This document shows, piece by piece, positions 12,842 to 25,773 of a stretch of DNA of 64,000 nucleotides (its first letter is position 1; each line of letters opens with the position of its first letter). The position numbers were made by a program, and so were the translations under genes. The stretch comes from Neoconidiobolus thromboides FSU 785. Its lineage: Eukaryota > Fungi > Entomophthoromycota. Under the pieces are notes generated by a model, which ran no database searches, had not been told where the DNA came from, and was given only the letters and a program-made list of their open reading frames with translations. The stretch covers positions 1 through 64,000 of the forward strand of contig MU626267.1 of NCBI GenBank assembly GCA_025603075.1, in the 5' to 3' direction.

Positions 12842-13249
12842 ATATCCCATTTTATTATGTATTACAATAAGTCAGATTTAAACCTTACACTCTTGATTCC
12901 TAAACTTCTAAAGTATAATAAAGCATTAATCCTGTCAAATTCAAAGGGATCTTTAGTGTTTTCTAAAACTTTTTTTCTGGAAATTTTAAAGTAAATAATC
13001 CAAAATAAAAAATTTGTTTAGCTCCACAAGATTATACAAATTTAAAGTAGTGGGATAAGGATAACACATTGACAAAATAAATAGCAGTATAAAAGACAAA
13101 AAACTTTATTTTGCAAATTAACAATATAGTAGATACATCTTCGATCACAGTAATGGCAGACTGCTCTTTTATATCCTTCAATAGCTTATAATCATTATAT
13201 CAGCGTAGATGTTAGTGTCTTTAACTCTAGTTTAGCCTAATTCATTTAA

Positions 13250-14300
13250 TATAGTAGGCATACACTTTCTCTAATAATAAAACCCTCCTTGTTGTTATTA
13301 AAAGGTCATCTTGACTTTTTTGGTAAACCATTACGTTTTATAGACAACAACTTGCTCTTAAACCAAAGATTTGATAATTTAGAGTCGATTTATCCTTTAA
13401 TTCCTTGAGAAGCTGGCGAGTGAGATATCATGAGTGCTTTCTTAGCTGGTGCTATTTACTATCATGTTGGATTTCGATGTTGTTTGACTTATAAATATTG
13501 CTTAAAAAGTGGATGTCTATACTGTTTTTAATAGATATATCATGATATAAGCTCTTTAAATTATTAGCGGGTAATAGGTTTAAGTCATTTTTATATCTAC
13601 TTTCAGTCTAAATCTGATTGAAATATGACCACCGGTCATATTGGCTAAGGATTCGGATAGACAAAATAGTAAAACTTTAATTCGTTTACAGAGAGTGTTT
13701 AATACAATATAAATTATAGTTAATCTTATAAGTATTACACTATTCTTTGAGCTAACTAATAGCTTGTCTTATTTAACAGGCTAGCTATTCCAGAACCAGA
13801 GGAAGTATATTTTTCGAAAATTATTACTTTTTTAAAAATATTTCATTCAGCTAAAACCCTTCCCCTTTAACTCAGATGTAAACTGCCTAAAACAGCATTC
13901 TTTGACGCCATTGTAGCTGAGTAATCAAATGTTGAATAAAATTCTCATTTTTTTCGAGCTCTTCAACTACTTGCATACAAGTGATGATTTGAATCGTCAA
14001 TTTTTTGCCAAAGTCTAGGCTTGACGAGTTAGTTCGTCAGATTTGCCTTAGTTAACCCTTTCGGTTGTATGTATAATATAAATTGATAATGAACTTTGAT
14101 CAAAGTGGACTTATTTTTTAAAATCTATTTTAATCCAACAAGCATTAAAATTTGCTTGGTATAAAAAGGATTGAATTAAAGCAACGTACTTTCTATATGG
14201 CAAACAGTAACTTAAATAGCTGGGTGTTTTTGATATCGTTATTTACCTATTATTTTATATATAGCAGTGCTTTCAATAAATTCTATAGAGATAGTTAGCT
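13250..14300 (-). mobile_element. Possible heavily decayed non-LTR (L1/Tx1-like) ORF2 remnant
   Basis: Minus-strand peptides FKLLFAI..., IKIDFKK and LHLS*RGRVL resemble the LLFADD / KINxxKS / LSxxGRxxL series of L1-clade RT; many stops. Confidence 0.3.
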
Positions 14301-14714
14301 TCTAGTATAACTTATTTTATCACTAGTTAATTAATCTACATTTGTATCTAAATAATGTTTAAAATATTAAAAAATAATATAAAAGTAAAAAACAACAAAT
14401 TTAAGCTTCATTAATAAAAAATAACGACAATTTTTAAAAAACGTTCCTTAAATAAAAACAAAAATTAAAAAACAGAATTAAGGTATTGATAACATCAATA
14501 TAAAATATAATGATATGAGATATATTTAACTAAATATAGTAGAAAATAATAATAAGATCACTCTCCTTTGATCCCTTTCTGCGCTATTCGAAAATGCACC
14601 AATAAAACGCGCTCATTTTAATCAATTAATTCTTGCATAGTATTTATTACAAAAAATCAACTGATTTCATCTCTAAACTTTTTTTCATAAAATATCAGCT
14701 CATCAACTTAAAGA

Positions 14715-16075
14715 TATTAGGAGATCGGGTAGAAGAGAGTGTCATAATAACAATAAAAACAAACAAGCTGATTTGTTAAATTCCTGTGTCAATAAAGAGT
14801 GCGAGCTTTGGACAGCTTTTCAGATTGATAGAGTCACGTATGTACATAAGAAACCGATATACTATTTACATGCGAATGAAAAGGATTATAGCGAGATGCA
14901 AGATAAATTGGTTGAAAGTTAAAATTTGATCCTTTTTAGTTCAAATTTAATGTTTATGCTTTGATTCAACAGCCAGAAAAGACAAGCGATAAATGAAGAT
15001 AGTAGTAATAAAACTAATAAGATAGATAAGAAACATTCAAGAGAAGTGAAGTAAGGAGACTGATACGAATTGAATAGACCATTAGTTAACTTTATTGGAG
15101 ATCAAAAAAGGATAGTGGACAACACAAAATGAGCATGAGAGAGAATTTAAACTATAATGAAGTAATAATTAAAGTGAAAAAGAAAGAGGAATTTAGATTA
15201 ACTAAAATTAAATAACAAATGATAATCAATAATAGTAGTGATTCAAGCTTTGTTAACGTGGCTTCAAAAAACATAGCAGTTAAATATTAGATTTACATTA
15301 TTTATTATAATATTAATATAAAATTAGATTTATACACTGCTTCTAAGGATGACAATTTAAATGCTAATAATATGATTTTTAGAAATAATACAGTAATGGA
15401 TTTTAGGTTTGAAATTTTAATCGAAGGAAATTTAGAAGGTCAGCTTATATATTCAACTAAAATTATGCCAAAAAGATACATAATTTTATCAAAACAGTTA
15501 ATTTTTCATAAGAGGATAGCAGCGAACTCTTTATTTGTACTACAAAACATCATAAGTATAAACTATTGATTTAATAAACTATGTTAAATAGCTATAGTAA
15601 CTGCCTTAAATAGTAACCATGGACAATATTTTCAAATAAAGGACAAATTGTATATGACTTCTGAAAATTCAAGTAATTTAATTTTCTACCCAATCGTAAG
15701 CAAATTAAGTATATATGATGGTACATATAACTTATCGGAGTTGTATAAAGAGTTTAAAATCATTTTCAGAAGAAAGTTTTACTGTCAAACCTACCACAGG
15801 TTAAGATAACTTCATACTTAAGCAGCTTCACTTACCTAACACTAAGAGTCTTATGAATTAAAACTATGATTATAAGTTATATTAATTTTATAGGAAGTAT
15901 GTATAGGTTATGGCTTAAGTTATTTATATTGACTCTGTTGTAGTAAAGAAGATTTGGCATTTATTTATAGTTTTATCAATTGGAAAATGATTTAAGATAT
16001 CCAGAGTTAAGCTTCATACTTAGTATACTTGAAAAATGGTCAAATTTTATTGATAAGATCAACGACTTAATTCAA
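14715..16075 (+). pseudogene. Decayed copy C of the unrecognised gene family
   Basis: Collinear with copy B: KECELWTAFQI...YYLHANE, HGQYFQIKDKL, CSKEDLAFIYSFYQLE, EKWSNFID. Confidence 0.7.
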
Positions 16076-16374
16076 AATACTTTGCAGTTTACAGCGCATT
16101 GTTGTATCTGATATTATCATCTATTAATTAACTTATTCAAAATCTTGTATTATTTCTTGATCTAACTTTAGCAAAGCATAATCAAATATTGCTACAATTG
16201 AATTCGAAAGAGCTAGTAAATCTTATCTTTAATACACTACTTTTGGGAGTCCTCAGAATAGGTAATTTGATAACTTTTTATATTATAATTTTTCCGTGTG
16301 TTTTTTTCTTACATCCTTTTTTATGAGCTTTATTGACACCGATGTACTTTCGACTTTTTTTCCTAGTGTAACGC

Positions 16375-16850
16375 GTTTAAATTATCATAAAAATCGTCAT
16401 TAATAGTTGAATAGCATTCACAAACTAAAAATTCTGAAATGATTATAGCGAGATGTAATTGTAATAAAATAATATATGGGTATTAATAAGAGAAGTAATT
16501 TATGGGATGTAACTACAATGTATTAAAGACAAAGGATATCATATAATAATTAAGATATGTTATTTTATTTAGTCATCAAAAACTGGTTTATCATAGGAAA
16601 CTGGTTGCATGGAGTAATGAAAGTCGATACACTATGAGCTGTAGCAAATTCTGATTGCATAGTTTTAATATGTTTATGAGAATGAGTTAAAATGATAGTT
16701 TTGTAGTAAATTACTAATTAAAAGATTGTAGTATAGTTTAATAAATAAAATCAATGCTCTGAGGTATTGCACTATTTAAGCGCTTTCAATCCTTTAAAAA
16801 AGAACTTTGACTATATAATACGCTGATATACCTAACTGTCTACTTAAATT
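16375..16850 (+). pseudogene. Pseudogene of the glycosyltransferase-like gene at 54059-54718
   Basis: VILFSHQKLVYHRKLVAWSNESRYTMSCSKF aligns with ILLFSYTKQLLYWNLIAWSNDSRYIMDCNKF; stops, frameshifts and loss of the EDD motif. Confidence 0.75.
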
Positions 16851-17416
16851 GCAAATTTTATATTATAGTTAAGTATAAAAAAATAAATCAATTTATAATT
16901 TCTCTTAAGTTAGTTTAGTTAACTACTAAACCTTGATGTAACCAAATCTAACCCATTTAAATTTGAACATTTAAACATTTCTTATATTTGCTATCATCGC
17001 ATCTTCAATAAGTCTAGCAATATGTAACATTATATTTACAATATCAGGTTATTAAATACCTACAACAGTTGGATATACATCTATCATAAATCTGATGTTC
17101 TGAAGTTCCTTCACACATGATTTAAAACCACTAATTTTTTACTTTGTTTAATAAATAGAATAAGTAGTAAATGTTCTTTTATATTTTGATCTTTATTTTC
17201 CAAAGTATAGTGCGTTTAATCTATATTAGGCAAATAACAAATAATTGCTCACAAATTGTTCAAATAATTATTAAATTCCAATAAATTTGATAGTTGTAAG
17301 TTACTATTGGGTAAATAGCTTATGATTTATTATTTATGAAAGTTTTATCAAAAGATGTTATAATATGCACTACTATTTAATAAACTAAAAGTGATGTTTA
17401 AACAAAACAATTTTGT

Positions 17417-17701
17417 TTATTCAAACGAATTATACAAATAGCCATCAAAGAATCGCAAATTTTCATTTTCATCCATATAATCCAACTGATATGATGGTAC
17501 TTCTCCATAATTTTCAACTGAAAGAAGGCTATAGGTTGAAGTTGGAGAAGGTGGGGTCAAGCAACTTGAAAAAGTGATTGTAAAGGTGGAGGGCAATAAA
17601 AGAGGTATCTCATCTCTCTTACGACATCTCTCGCTGCAGTAAAGATCAGTATCTGAATAATCAATATGTCTACCACACATAGGACACCAACTTGTATCCA
17701 T
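17417..17701 (-). CDS. ecl1: Ecl1-family small Zn-finger protein, copy 1
   Basis: MDTSWCPMCGRHI...LYCSERCRKRD followed by a Ser/Pro-rich PPSPTS segment; first ATG at 17701. Confidence 0.8.
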   Translation of the reverse strand: MDTSWCPMCGRHIDYSDTDLYCSERCRKRDEIPLLLPSTFTITFSSCLTPPSPTSTYSLLSVENYGEVPSYQLDYMDENENLRFFDGYLYNSFE

Positions 17702-18379
17702 TGTATTTATAGTTTTAGTAATAAAAGTATTTAAATATAGTTTAATGAGATCCAAACAATCGCGTTGACTCTTTAATTAATAAAGTTGCTAACGAGGGAG
17801 CTTTTCTTTCAGTTAAGCTTAGAGTAGAAAAGAATGAAAATCGTCTTTTTTATATAAAATAATTTGAAAAATTTGCAAACTTAAATTTACATAACTACTT
17901 AAATATCTGACTGTATATTTATTTTTAGTAAATTATTTTTAGTAAATACTTTTGTAAAGTATATTAGTGAATAAAACCTGTTAGAAGCTACCCCTGGAGC
18001 TATTTTCAGCTCAGTTGTAGCTTCAAATCCTAATACAAAATACATATACGAAATCTTTTTGAAAATATAAAACCCAAATTTACTTAATGTTACTTGTTTA
18101 GTCTCTTTTATTAAATAAAATAGTGCTTTGTAGAAAAAAATAAAAAATAAATCTGTTTTAAAACTTTTATATAGTATATAAACACACATTAATTGAATTG
18201 TCATTTCTGATCCTTAATGATCAAAGTCATTCGAGAATAAAAACATGTTTACACATCGAATTTCTCATCCCTTTGTTTAATATTGCTAGTCACTCATATT
18301 TTTTGAAATTATACAAATCTAATGCAACAAATAAAACGGTAACAAATAAATAATAGTAACTTTATTTTTATTTAAAGTT

Positions 18380-21300
18380 TTAACTTTGCATCATTTGACT
18401 TAGGTACTGTATAAATTCATTTATAAAAGCAGCCTCCCATTCACTATGTTGATTCAATAAATCTACTTGCTGGCTATAAGAAAGCGATAAAAACCTCTTA
18501 ATTAAATAACCATCGACGAAATAAATTTGATCATTATCCATCTGACTATAACGTAAAGAGTACCAATCATTACCCAGTAACGGTTGACAAAATTTACTAT
18601 TAGCTAATATTGTTTGCAGTTCAATCAATTGTAGATGATATCTATAACTCAATGCTTGAACATGAAATAAAGAACCTAAAATAGTACAGCCCATAGCAAT
18701 TGTATTATCATTGTCATTTAACTGCTTTAAATTGGTAACAATTTCATTAAAATAGAACATATTCACCTCCTTTAATTTTGTGTTATAATTTTTATAGCTA
18801 ATACTATTATTCTTTTGGTTATCTGTTTTAGTTTCCATCAAAATCAAATTACCAACTCGATCAAAAGCAAGTCCATATCTTTGATTTAAAAATATGAACT
18901 TACCGATATTTCTTAATTGTTTACTATTCTTTATCAACTTCAATTCGTTTTCTTCAAATGTAAATAAATAAACACTCTGTTGTTTAGTACTCACAGCAAT
19001 CTTATCACTGTGATTATGATTAATATTAGTAACGTCGGAATCAATAGTATGTGAGCAAATTATATTTAAACTTATTAATTTAAATAATTGATTTTGATTA
19101 TTATAATTAAAATTAGGCAAATAGAATTGGATACATTTGCCAGAGCTTAATATCAAATGCTCTTTAAACTTGCTTAGAGAACAAACAATACCCATAGGTA
19201 AATCCATCTTATTAATTACTGTAAATTTGATATTACAAATTGTACTTAGTTGAATTTTATCATCTTCCATTACTTGACTACCATAATTAAACTCAATTTC
19301 AATCAAAACTACTAATAATCTACCACCACAATTATTCTGACTATTCCTTCCATCCAAGATCCCAGTACCTATAAAATACACTGCTTTATATTTCCATACT
19401 TTACTTTTACTTAAATAGAATTTGGAATCCCATAATAATTTGGAAAACCCTTGTTCATTTTCGTTTAATTTATATTGAGCGTAGATATTCCCATTGGTAG
19501 GATGTATTAATCTTAAATAGGATTCAATCTGATAATTTTTGTTCTCTTCATTTATCATTATCAACAGTAACTCCATTTGTTTATTATAATGAATACGTCT
19601 TGGAGTGCCACCAATTATTAATTTGTTGCTTAAATATTCTGACTTTAACTGAAGTTTAAAATATCCCAAATAACTATACTTATTATTATTATTACTGATA
19701 TTATTACTGTTGTTGTAAAATAATTTAGGTGATTGATTCTTTGGACTTTGTTTATGATGAGGTTGTAATTTTGGTGATGTGACAATATTATTCATGTTGT
19801 TTTTATTATTACTATTAAAATCAAATGGGTGGTCATTGATTGCTAATAAATATGCTTTACTATTATTATTATTAAGATTATCGAAATAGTTATAATTAAC
19901 AATTGTTGCATCAAATAATTGGTTTAAATTAAAGTTAAAGTTTAGTACTAACTTGAAATCAATCAATAAGTTATAATTAATTGTTAACAAATATAATTGA
20001 TTCGATATACACAACACAGTATTCTGATTAATGTATTGGAATTTCACCGGCAGTTTCCCTAATTCAACTTGTTTTTTAAATTCAATAAATTCTATTTCTT
20101 CCTCCATATTAAACTCGAATACCACTACCTTTCCGCTCTTTAATCCTATCAAAATAAATTTTTCATATAAAATGATTTCGTTAGCAACTATATATTCTGT
20201 TGGATTTAAAAACTTTAATTCAATTGTAGTAACTAATTCAATTTCTTTGTTAAACAGTGAATAGATTAATACTTCCCCACTAAAATTAGCTATAAAAATC
20301 ATCCGTTTTTGCTCAATTTTAAAACATTGTAAATAGCAAGGTTGGTAATTTAATAAAATTTGCCCTTCTTTTATCAAACAGATTTCATTGTTATTCAAAC
20401 TGATCGTATAGCAAGTCAAATAATACTCCCCATTATAGCTACATTGAATCATAAACAATTGATTTTGTATAGTCGTTGCAAACAATACATTACTATTTCC
20501 TTCCACTTCAAACTTAATGATTCTAGCACCAAACAGATCATGCTGAATCAAATGATAAAACACAATCTCATTTTCTAATATTTGTAAAAAATATTGCTGC
20601 TCTTCAAAATGACTAAAATGGTTGAAGTAAATTGTTGCCTTTGATCGATCAATACTTAATTCGCTAGATATATCTATTAATTCTTCCTTAATTAAATGAT
20701 ACAATTGAATTTTATCCTCATTGTTGTACATTACAATAATTATCATGCTATCTTGTTGAATATAAATAGTTTCTATTTTATATATCATACTTCTGATAGG
20801 CTGTAACAACTTATTGGTATTGCTTGGCATGTTACTATTGATTGTAGCTTTATCCAAGTAAAATTCCTCTTCATCAATATTCTCAATACTATTCGTACTA
20901 TAATTGTTACTAATTGTTGTATTACTTGTAATTAAGTTAATTAGTTTAATACAATTACCATATTGTAAAGAATAGATACTGCCGTTAGGATATAAATTAG
21001 AGCAGGTGACAATTTTATTATTAATTAGTTCAAAATCAATAATTGGACTACGATTAAAAAACAACAACTCATAATTTAATAATTTGATATTATTATAATT
21101 AATTAGATTAAATTTATTGCTCTTATACTTCAACTTATTATTTCTATTCTCTTCTTCATCATCATTATTATTATTATCAAAATACGGATTATTAACTTTA
21201 AAACTATAACTATTAAAATAATTATAGTCATCTTCGTTATTAGTATCCCCTTTATTCGATATCCAAATCACTCCACTATCACTAAAATCCGTAGAAAAAG

Positions 21301-22870
21301 CAACTACATCAAACTCCCAATCTCTTTCGATTATCTCTAATGAATTTCCAAAACTTTTATTTTCTATCCTTCCAATCAATTTCAATTTTAGTTCAATTTG
21401 CTGTTGAGTATTTCCATTCTTGTTAATATCTAATCTATACAAATATCCTTTATCACTGCCTAAATAAATATAATTATCTTTTCCTGTCTTTTTATATACG
21501 CTTGGATCACTCCAGCATGTTATTAATGATACTAATTAAACAAATAAATATATATATTACATTATTATTTATATTATTTTACCTTCATCATTGTTATTAA
21601 TCTTAGGCAAATCCAATCTAGGAAAATGAATATTGGCAGCAACTACATGATCAGTAGTTAAAAACATGATTTGATACTCGGTAACAATAACCATCGAGTC
21701 ATAAAAAGAGCTCAAAGGTATCAAATGCAATGGCATACCGTCGATAGCTAATTCCACTAAATAAGAGTAAAAAATTATTATACTAATAGAATAAAATCTT
21801 ACGATTTCCAATAGGTAGTTTATATCTTTGATAATTAATATCTTGATTTTCATTCATAAAATTTACGTTTTCTTCCGAATCTTCTTCTAAATGTAATTGG
21901 TGTGGTGCACCATTTTTCAGCGAATAAAATTCATATAATATTAATGAGGAAGTTTTATCAATATCACTATATAAAATTTAATAAGCCGGTTACTAGAATA
22001 GTTGTTACTATAGCTAACTTACTCTAAAACAATCAGCGCTAAAACGAATCTATTTTTAACCTCTTTTTTCATAAATAAATAACTCATAGCCCAAATCACT
22101 CCTTGAACTTCAAAGGTAAAATCCTAAGTTAATATTAATATCATCCTACTAATCACTATTTTACTGTTTACTTTAATATTACTGTTTTTAATCCATTTTA
22201 CTGGCTCTTGTTCAAATTTATTTTGATAGCTGTTTATAAAATATATAGTGAATTTGGTCAACCAAGCTGCCACGGAAAAAGAATGTTTTCTAAATCAGCC
22301 AGTTCATTATTTTACTAAATCATCAATTTTTAGATCAAAATACCTTCCTTCTACCGCCAACTTTCTATTTAAAAATTGATATTCCGAGTCCAAAGAATTA
22401 ATAACGATCTATCCGAAATCGATAGTTTAATATCATTTGTAAAAGTTTTTATAAATCTCACTTACCTCTCTAACCATTTCCAAATCACTACTTTCGCCTT
22501 TTTTCCCTCTATTAATCCTCAAAAAACAAGCTTTGCCAGCATCCGAAATAGCTAATAACATATCCTCTCCAAATAGCCAGATATCTTTACATACTCCAAA
22601 TAGATAGCTTTGATAGTATTGACTAATTTTTATCTTTTTGCTTTTTAGTTTAATATGTTTAATTTCTAGATAAGTTTCTCGATTTAAGATGAGCTCTTTC
22701 TCTCCAGTGATTATCTGATGTACCAATAGTTTGCGTATAATGCTGTTTTCTAAGAGAGGTTTGATGAGTAATAATGGAGGATTACTGGTGTCTGTTATGT
22801 TGCTGTCTGTATCTTCATTTAATGTATTATATTGCTCGTCAATTATATTGGCTGTGTACGATAGACTCAT
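18380..22870 (-). CDS. Mms1/DDB1/SF3B3-family multi-beta-propeller protein (MMS1_N + CPSF_A), multi-exon
   Basis: 1020-aa ORF with C-terminal CPSF_A-like motifs (GRLLVVLIE, AFDRVGNL, VDGYLIKRFL); upstream ORFs 22870-22433 and 21853-21569 are likely further exons. Confidence 0.75.
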
Positions 22871-23479
22871 ATTTTTATAAGTTAAAATTGAGTGAAATAG
22901 GGGGTTGAATGATTTGTAAAATTAAAAATTTCAAGTTCAATAAAAAAGTAATGAAATTGATTGGTTGTGATAAAAAGATTACTTGATTTTAGGAAACGGA
23001 AATGAGTTGATACTCTATGTATGCTGCGTTTAATTATTCTTAGGTAGAGGGATAACCCTTATCAAAATTTAAGCTTTAGTGCGAAGCTAATACTTGCAAA
23101 TAAACTTAATTTTATTGGTTGAAATTTTAGTCTTTTAAACTGCCAAAATCACCTACATCTCAGTTTACAAATCATTTTTAAATTTTATATCTGTTTATTT
23201 TAAACACAAGTACTTTTTATTAACATTAAATTGTTAACATCTTTCATTAAGGTAAAAATGTTTTCAATTGGTACTTTAGAAAAGATAAAAACTAAATTAG
23301 CTTTCAATAGCCTTAATAATGTTATTAATGAAGATGAGTGAGTATACTAGATTTATTAAAATTCATCAAACTAAAAGTATCCTTATAAAACTGGAATTTC
23401 ATTAAAATGAGATTAACAAAGATGTCTTGATAATTATTAGCCTTAATAAAACCAATAACAGCATTTTATGCCTGAAAAT

Positions 23480-24390
23480 TATTCCTGAATTGATACTATT
23501 GTATTTGCTACTGTTGAATACAGTTACAATTTAATTACTAATGACTCTAGTGCTTTAACTAGCAATTGCATGTGTGTGTTTTTTTTTTGCTTCATTACTT
23601 TTTCTATCTTTTAAGCACTATTTGAGTGGAAGAATTATTAGTAAAATCCTCAAATACAAAAATAAATCCATTAATTTTCAACTTTGATCTCCTCGACTAA
23701 AAAAATACGAATTAGCTAGTATTGAGCATGGGACTAGACTATCCGCTATTTATCCTCGCATTCCAACTAATAACTATGTATTAATTGATATTGAGTCCAA
23801 GTATAAATTGTCTACTATTAATACTGTCTCAGCTAACAATCATAGATTATCTATTACTAACCTCAAGGTTGAATTATCCACTACTGATTCATATATTTCA
23901 AGCAATGATTATGTATTAATTAACAACAAACCTAAGACTAAATCATCATTGATTAACTATAGCATTCCAGCTAATAGCTGTAAACTGACAACGCTTCATT
24001 TGAAGCTGTATCTTCTCCTATTAATTACAATCTTTTAGCTAATAATTTTGAAACAGCTAATACTGGCACTAAAGCTAAATTTTTTGTTAGCAATTCTCAT
24101 ATTCCAAATAATAGTTATGTTTTAATTGATATTAAATTCAAAACTAAATTGTATAATGTTTACTTTGATATCCTAGCTAGTAATTATAAATTAATTGATG
24201 GTAAGTTAAAATTAAACTGTTTGTTACTAACTTTAGTATTCGAATTAGTAATTATAAATTAGTTAATACTTTATCTAAAGTTAGATTGTTTTTTATTAAT
24301 TTTGATATATCAGTTAATAATTATAAGTTGACTAACACTGGCTCTAAATCCAAACTTCCTACTATTAATTTTCACTTCTTAATAACTATG
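23480..24390 (+). repeat. Degenerate ~69-bp tandem repeat (about 12-13 units), interrupted by MITEs
   Basis: Unit starts at 23760, 23826, 23895, 23964, 24032, 24101, 24170, 24238 and 24307; consensus ATTCCAGCTAATAATTATAAATTAATTGAT...; + frame reads IPANNYxLIDxxxKxKLxxIN. Confidence 0.75.
23572..23669 (-). mobile_element. MITE copy with eroded termini
   Basis: Internal TTCATTACTTTTT...GCACTATTTGAGTGGAAG...AAATACAAAAAT. Confidence 0.8.
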
Positions 24391-24391
24391 T

Positions 24392-24605
24392 GGGGATGTT
24401 TTTTTATTTCATTACTTTTTCATTTTTAAGCGCTATTNNNNNNNNNNNNNNNNNNNNNNNNNNNNNNNNNNNNNNNNNNNNNNNNNNNNNNNNNNNNNNN
24501 NNNNNNNNNNNNNNNNNNNNNNNNNNNNNNNNNNNNNNNNNNNNNNNNNNNNNNNNNGAGTGGAAAAATTATTAGTAAAATTCTTAAATACAAAAATACA
24601 TCCCC
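24392..24605 (-). mobile_element. MITE copy (or two half-copies) spanning an assembly gap
   Basis: The left half ends at GCGCTATT and the right half resumes at GAGTGG; flanks ATGT/ATTT differ. Confidence 0.8.
24438..24557. other. Assembly gap (120 N)
   Basis: Run of N. Confidence 1.
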
Positions 24606-25532
24606 ATTTACTGTTTGAAGCTGAGGTAATAAAGCTCATATAAAAGCTGATTAATTTTTTACTTTACTATAATTAAAATCTTCAGATTAAAGTTAGAAAT
24701 GAGTTTTTTAGGATATTTTGACAATTTAAATATTCAATAGTTCTATTAATTGAACCCTTGTATTATCTACCAATGATGTCATAAAAACTGAAATATTTAT
24801 TTAATTGGTTAATATAATTTAAATTAGTTAAGAATAACTTAATTTAAAACTAAAAAATATCACTAATTTAAATAAATTTAGCAAATCTTAAGTAATGAAA
24901 TGTAAATAAAATTTGAAATTGAACTACTATTTAAGAACTTCAATGGATCTAGCACCCATTGGTATCAATAAATTAGTTATGATGTCAGTATAAAAAGAAT
25001 ATTTACATTGTATTATTATTAGATATGGCTGCTTACTATACTTAAATCACATGTTGTATTTCACAGACAATAATAAGGACAACTTTTTAGAATATAAAAG
25101 CGCTAAAGAAACTAACTCTTGATTAGAAAAGAAAAAAGAAGAAAACAGCTTAGGAAACAATCTTTGATTAAAAATGAATAAATAAAACTTAAATAATCAC
25201 ACTTGATTTTGAAATGAATATCAATATTCTCGATTGCTATCTTTTCTACAATACAGATCTCTTCAAGATACATAGCTATTTTTATTTAGTAGCCCTGCAC
25301 TTAACCTTATGAATAAAGATAACTTTGGAATATTGTAGAAATATTTTAATAGTTATTTTAAGATTCATATTTGAAGTTGACTTATTTATAACTTTAATAT
25401 AGCTTATATTTAGCATCAATCTTGGCAAAAGCTTGACCCAAGGTAATTTAATCCAAATGTATAATAGGGTGAGTTTTTCAATTCTAGTATCCAATAAAAA
25501 ATTAATTAACAATACTAGTATTATCTTTATAT

Positions 25533-25628
25533 GACAGTGTTTTTTTGTCTTATATCACTTTTTCCATTTTTAGGTGCTATTTGAGTGGAAAAATTACTAA
25601 TGAAATTCCTAACAAAAAATATATCACC
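25533..25628 (-). mobile_element. MITE copy (diverged)
   Basis: ATAT/ATAT flanks; internal consensus retained. Confidence 0.8.
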
Positions 25629-25773
25629 ATATGCATATTTATTAATTACAACAGTTACATAATAGTATTAATATCAAAGAACATTAATATTTAAAGGTTG
25701 TTGACTCGGTAAAATTAAAATTTACTTTTTTTAAGAAAATTAACTTACTTTAATAGCTATTAATCAACAAAGG

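Noticed and set aside
12743-12994. ORFs 12743-12994, 24390-24575, 24433-24639, 55795-55983, 33170-33355 and the tail of 928-1317 share similar peptides
   Set aside because: They are read-throughs of MITE sequence, not a protein family
13622-13642. Perfect 9-bp hairpin AATATGACC-ACC-GGTCATATT; also CTGTACTT/AAGTACAG near 52227
   Set aside because: Isolated short palindromes are expected by chance in 64 kb of AT-rich DNA
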